A stretch of 64,000 nucleotides of DNA. It comes from an uncultured Gammaproteobacteria bacterium. GTDB lineage: Bacteria; Patescibacteriota; Microgenomatia; Woykebacterales; RBG-16-39-9b. The notes below the pieces were generated by a model that saw only the letters and a program-made list of their open reading frames with translations, was not told where the DNA came from and made no database searches. Shown one piece after another: positions 62,407-64,000 of the stretch. Positions within the stretch are counted from its first letter, which is position 1. Each line of letters starts with the position of its first letter. The DNA lies in the NCBI GenBank assembly GCA_965231125.1, contig OZ246414.1, forward strand, positions 145,739 through 209,738, given 5' to 3'. A program made the position numbers and the translations under genes.

Positions 62407-63351
62407 ATGGCGTTTTTAAAACTCCCATTTTCAAAAGAATCTAACAAAGAATTCCTCCTTATCGAAATCGGACTCGGTACTATCAACATGGCCCGGCTTT
62501 TGGTAGAACCAGAACCCAAAACAGCCGAGGTTAGTAGAAAGGCATTCTCCTCTATAGACAGTATGTTCAACGCCTCGTTAGAGGCAATCGATAGTCTGGC
62601 GGGACTTGTGGAAAACATTCCTAAAAAAGCTATTCTTGGGGTTTCGGGTGGACCAATCAAGACGGAAACAACAGTTGCGCAGTACACAAGACCGGATCCA
62701 AAAGACCCAATAACAAGCGAAGAAGTCGAAAAAGTTTTAGAAAAAGTATCAAGCGAGCAGGATTATCCAAATTTTAAACTATTCTTTTCCACAATTGCTT
62801 CAGCGACAATTGACGGCACAAGAGTTTCTAACCCAATTGGAATAAAAGGAGAAAAAGCCGCCCTTTCCTGTTTCATAGCGTATAAAAAGCCTGAGGAGCT
62901 AGCAGTTTTCGATAAACTGATTGATGAGATTGATATGGAACTCACAAAAATTATTCCCACTTCTTTTGCAGTTGCCAAGATAATGCTTCAGAAGGGAACT
63001 GAAAACGCTATTCTTATAAGAGTTGATAATCTAAAATCCGAGGCTGTCTTTATAACCAAAAGCCACGTGAGCGAAATATTTCAATTTGACCTTGGTGCTT
63101 CTAGCCCGGAGCATTTTCTTTTTGGTGTCGAAGTAGCGCTGGAGAAATTTAAAAAAGAAGGTTCCCCTGACTTGATTTGGTTATACCCAGACAGTCAAAA
63201 TGTAGAGCTCGACAGCCTTAAGGAAAAATTAGAAAGTTTTTCTTGGAAAGAGGCTGGTTTAGAACAGGTACCCAAGATTCAGATAGCCGAAAAAACTTCT
63301 GGGCAGGCGGATACCGGTCTTGAAGCTCTAACCATGGAGGCGATATCATGA
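62407..63351 (+). CDS. hypothetical protein; possible actin-like (FtsA/PilM-type) ATPase fold
   Basis: N-terminal FLLIEIGLGTINMARL resembles the phosphate-1 motif of actin-like ATPases. Translationally coupled (ATGA) to the downstream membrane protein. Low confidence. Confidence 0.35.
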   Translation: MAFLKLPFSKESNKEFLLIEIGLGTINMARLLVEPEPKTAEVSRKAFSSIDSMFNASLEAIDSLAGLVENIPKKAILGVSGGPIKTETTVAQYTRPDPKDPITSEEVEKVLEKVSSEQDYPNFKLFFSTIASATIDGTRVSNPIGIKGEKAALSCFIAYKKPEELAVFDKLIDEIDMELTKIIPTSFAVAKIMLQKGTENAILIRVDNLKSEAVFITKSHVSEIFQFDLGASSPEHFLFGVEVALEKFKKEGSPDLIWLYPDSQNVELDSLKEKLESFSWKEAGLEQVPKIQIAEKTSGQADTGLEALTMEAIS

Positions 63352-64000
63352 AGCTTTTGGAGTTTGGCGAAGGGACAAATCTTTCGCAAATTTTAGATTC
63401 AATAAAGGCAACTGAAGAGGAGGAGGTTCAGATCCGGCTGCTGGCCTCCTCATCACTCTCTACGAGTCAGGTTAATAGGGAAATTATTGAAAAGTTCGCC
63501 GAGAAGGTTGGCAAGAAAGTTAGTATTCAAGGCTCGTCTGTGCCAGAAAAGCCCCAAAGCGATTTTAATTTTGTTGAAGGCAAGGATATAGCCCAAGAAA
63601 CTGAGGCGGAAGAAGAAAAAGCCCCTGCTCCATCTATTTCAGGACCAGTTGAGGAAAGGCCATCTCCAGAACCAATACCTCTAAAAAAGAAACCAGTTGG
63701 CCCTGGTGGGTTCTTCGGTAAATTAAAGGGCCGAAAAAAACTGGCGGTTTTAGTTACCGGGGCCATCTCGACTTTCATGGTTCTGGGGGCCGTCTTTTTC
63801 TGGTTTTTGCCTTCGGCGACAGTTAACATTACGGCGCAAAAGCAGTCTAAGATAATTCAAGAATCCTTAAGCGCCTCCGCAAGTGCTACCGATGTAGATA
63901 CAAAAAATAAAGTGATCCCGTTAAGTATTGAAGAGGTTACGGAATCCGATATTGCCACGGCGACTGCCTCCGGAAAACTTACCGTCGGAACGCCGGCTAA
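63348..64000 (+). CDS. hypothetical bitopic membrane protein, 3' partial (runs off the window)
   Basis: In-frame ATG overlapping the upstream stop. Acidic cytoplasmic N-terminus, Pro-rich linker, one TM (LAVLVTGAISTFMVLGAVFFWFL), and an open frame to the window end. Confidence 0.4.
   Translation, partial: MKLLEFGEGTNLSQILDSIKATEEEEVQIRLLASSSLSTSQVNREIIEKFAEKVGKKVSIQGSSVPEKPQSDFNFVEGKDIAQETEAEEEKAPAPSISGPVEERPSPEPIPLKKKPVGPGGFFGKLKGRKKLAVLVTGAISTFMVLGAVFFWFLPSATVNITAQKQSKIIQESLSASASATDVDTKNKVIPLSIEEVTESDIATATASGKLTVGTPA

Noticed and set aside
1-64000. CRISPR arrays, rRNA, tmRNA, RNase P RNA, transposase/integrase genes
   Set aside because: I scanned for regularly spaced direct repeats, for rRNA/tmRNA/RNase P signature strings, and for recombinase-like ORFs. 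None was found. The only tRNA-like 3' ends belong to the tRNA genes listed.

Overview
This is a 64 kb chromosomal segment from a low-GC (about 40%) bacterium. Many housekeeping proteins are compact (AlaRS 603 aa, IF2 490 aa, PGK 334 aa, GrpE 141 aa) and small membrane ORFs are frequent, which suggests a reduced-genome lineage such as CPR/Patescibacteria; that is inference only. Readable content includes an HK fragment, an M23 peptidase and tRNA-Cys. A six-gene minus-strand cell-envelope glycan operon follows, running from tatD to UbiA. Further genes are metG, rmuC, a 1017-aa UvrD-type helicase fused to a Cas4-like Fe-S nuclease domain, a second UvrD/PcrA, and trxA-pgk-nudix-tpiA-LCP-holA-like. 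There is a pilN/pilO-like cluster with rpsT, then murJ-lepA-yjjX, hrcA-grpE-dnaK behind a CIRCE-like operator, a VapBC pair and dnaJ. A four-gene minus-strand tRNA operon (Lys, Pro, an aberrant tRNA-like gene, Gly) precedes nusA-infB-(DHH-like)-rpsO-pnp, then UDG family 4, RNase J, ftsK, a RodZ-like gene, alaS and several membrane proteins. The unusual part is four compositionally distinct GC-elevated cassettes (about 1.46-2.46 kb, 11.15-11.73 kb, 14.76-15.80 kb and 19.46-22.07 kb). Three of them are driven by perfect consensus sigma70 promoters (two of these promoters are homologous duplicates). They have long structured leaders with attenuator-like hairpins, an upstream small ORF, and hairpin loops displaying sequences complementary to the 16S 3' tail. 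Two of the four end in a shared hairpin-terminator repeat family. They encode unrecognised proteins. I also found a second conserved hairpin repeat with a compensatory base change, twin palindromes upstream of tRNA-Cys, and a tRNA-like gene whose anticodon loop is reduced to 4 nt. No CRISPR array, transposase, integrase or rRNA was seen.
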